Assembly (NCBI RefSeq): GCF_006345805.1
Contig: NC_043000.1
Location: forward strand, 60,016,001-60,080,000
DNA length: 64,000 nucleotides
Source of the DNA: Octopus sinensis
Lineage: Eukaryota
Reading direction: 5' to 3'
The notes under the pieces are model-generated. The model was not told where the DNA came from. It saw only the letters and a program-made list of their open reading frames with translations, and did not search any database. Numbering within the stretch: position 1 is the stretch's first letter; every line of letters begins with the position of its first letter. Below are positions 63,721-64,000 of this stretch, piece after piece. The translations under genes and the position numbers were made by a program.

Positions 63721-64000
63721 CTTTCACTTGGATATATTAGCAAAAATGTGAGCATTGACAAGAAAATTGTTAAATGAGTGCTATTAAGAGAAACTACCTA
63801 TTCTGCCTGTTTTGTACTCATGATACTATCAGAAATGCAGTAAGCCAGTAAGTAACCAGCTAGATACTTATAACCAACAACGTCAGTGTTCACAAAATGC
63901 ATGCAGTAAAATAATAAATAAATAAATAAATAAACTCTATGGAAAGATGAGGCGGTATTTGTTTTTACAGTTTCTTTAGTTCTTTGGACATTTAAACCAT

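Overview
AT-rich eukaryotic DNA, almost certainly from an octopus or related coleoid cephalopod, judged from recognisable tRNA-derived SINE families and RTE-LINE tails. I could not identify a host protein-coding gene. The window behaves like a long intron or intergenic region filled with retroposons and DNA-transposon derivatives. These include dozens of SINE copies, decayed RTE, Tx1/L1-like and R4/Dong-like LINE fragments, an internally deleted piggyBac with intact TTAA ends, TTAA- and TA-flanked MITEs, a tRNA-Ala pseudogene and microsatellites. The most notable element is a young non-coding Penelope-like element at about 21059-22496 (minus strand), inserted in a (TA)n tract. It carries a complete minimal type-I hammerhead ribozyme (21239-21281). 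Its perfect 98-bp inverted terminal copy starts 2 nt from the predicted self-cleavage site, which suggests ribozyme-cut RNA ends shape the insertion. Other leads are a textbook recursive-splice (AG|GTAAGT) motif at 58538 on the minus strand, a 406-bp tandem duplication carrying a 51-nt exon-like cassette, and variable arrays of a 66-bp unit with alternative hairpins in RTE 3' UTRs. Most ORFs in the supplied track are artefacts of repeats. SINE and LINE coordinates are approximate unless target-site duplications are given. All alignments and folds were done by eye.
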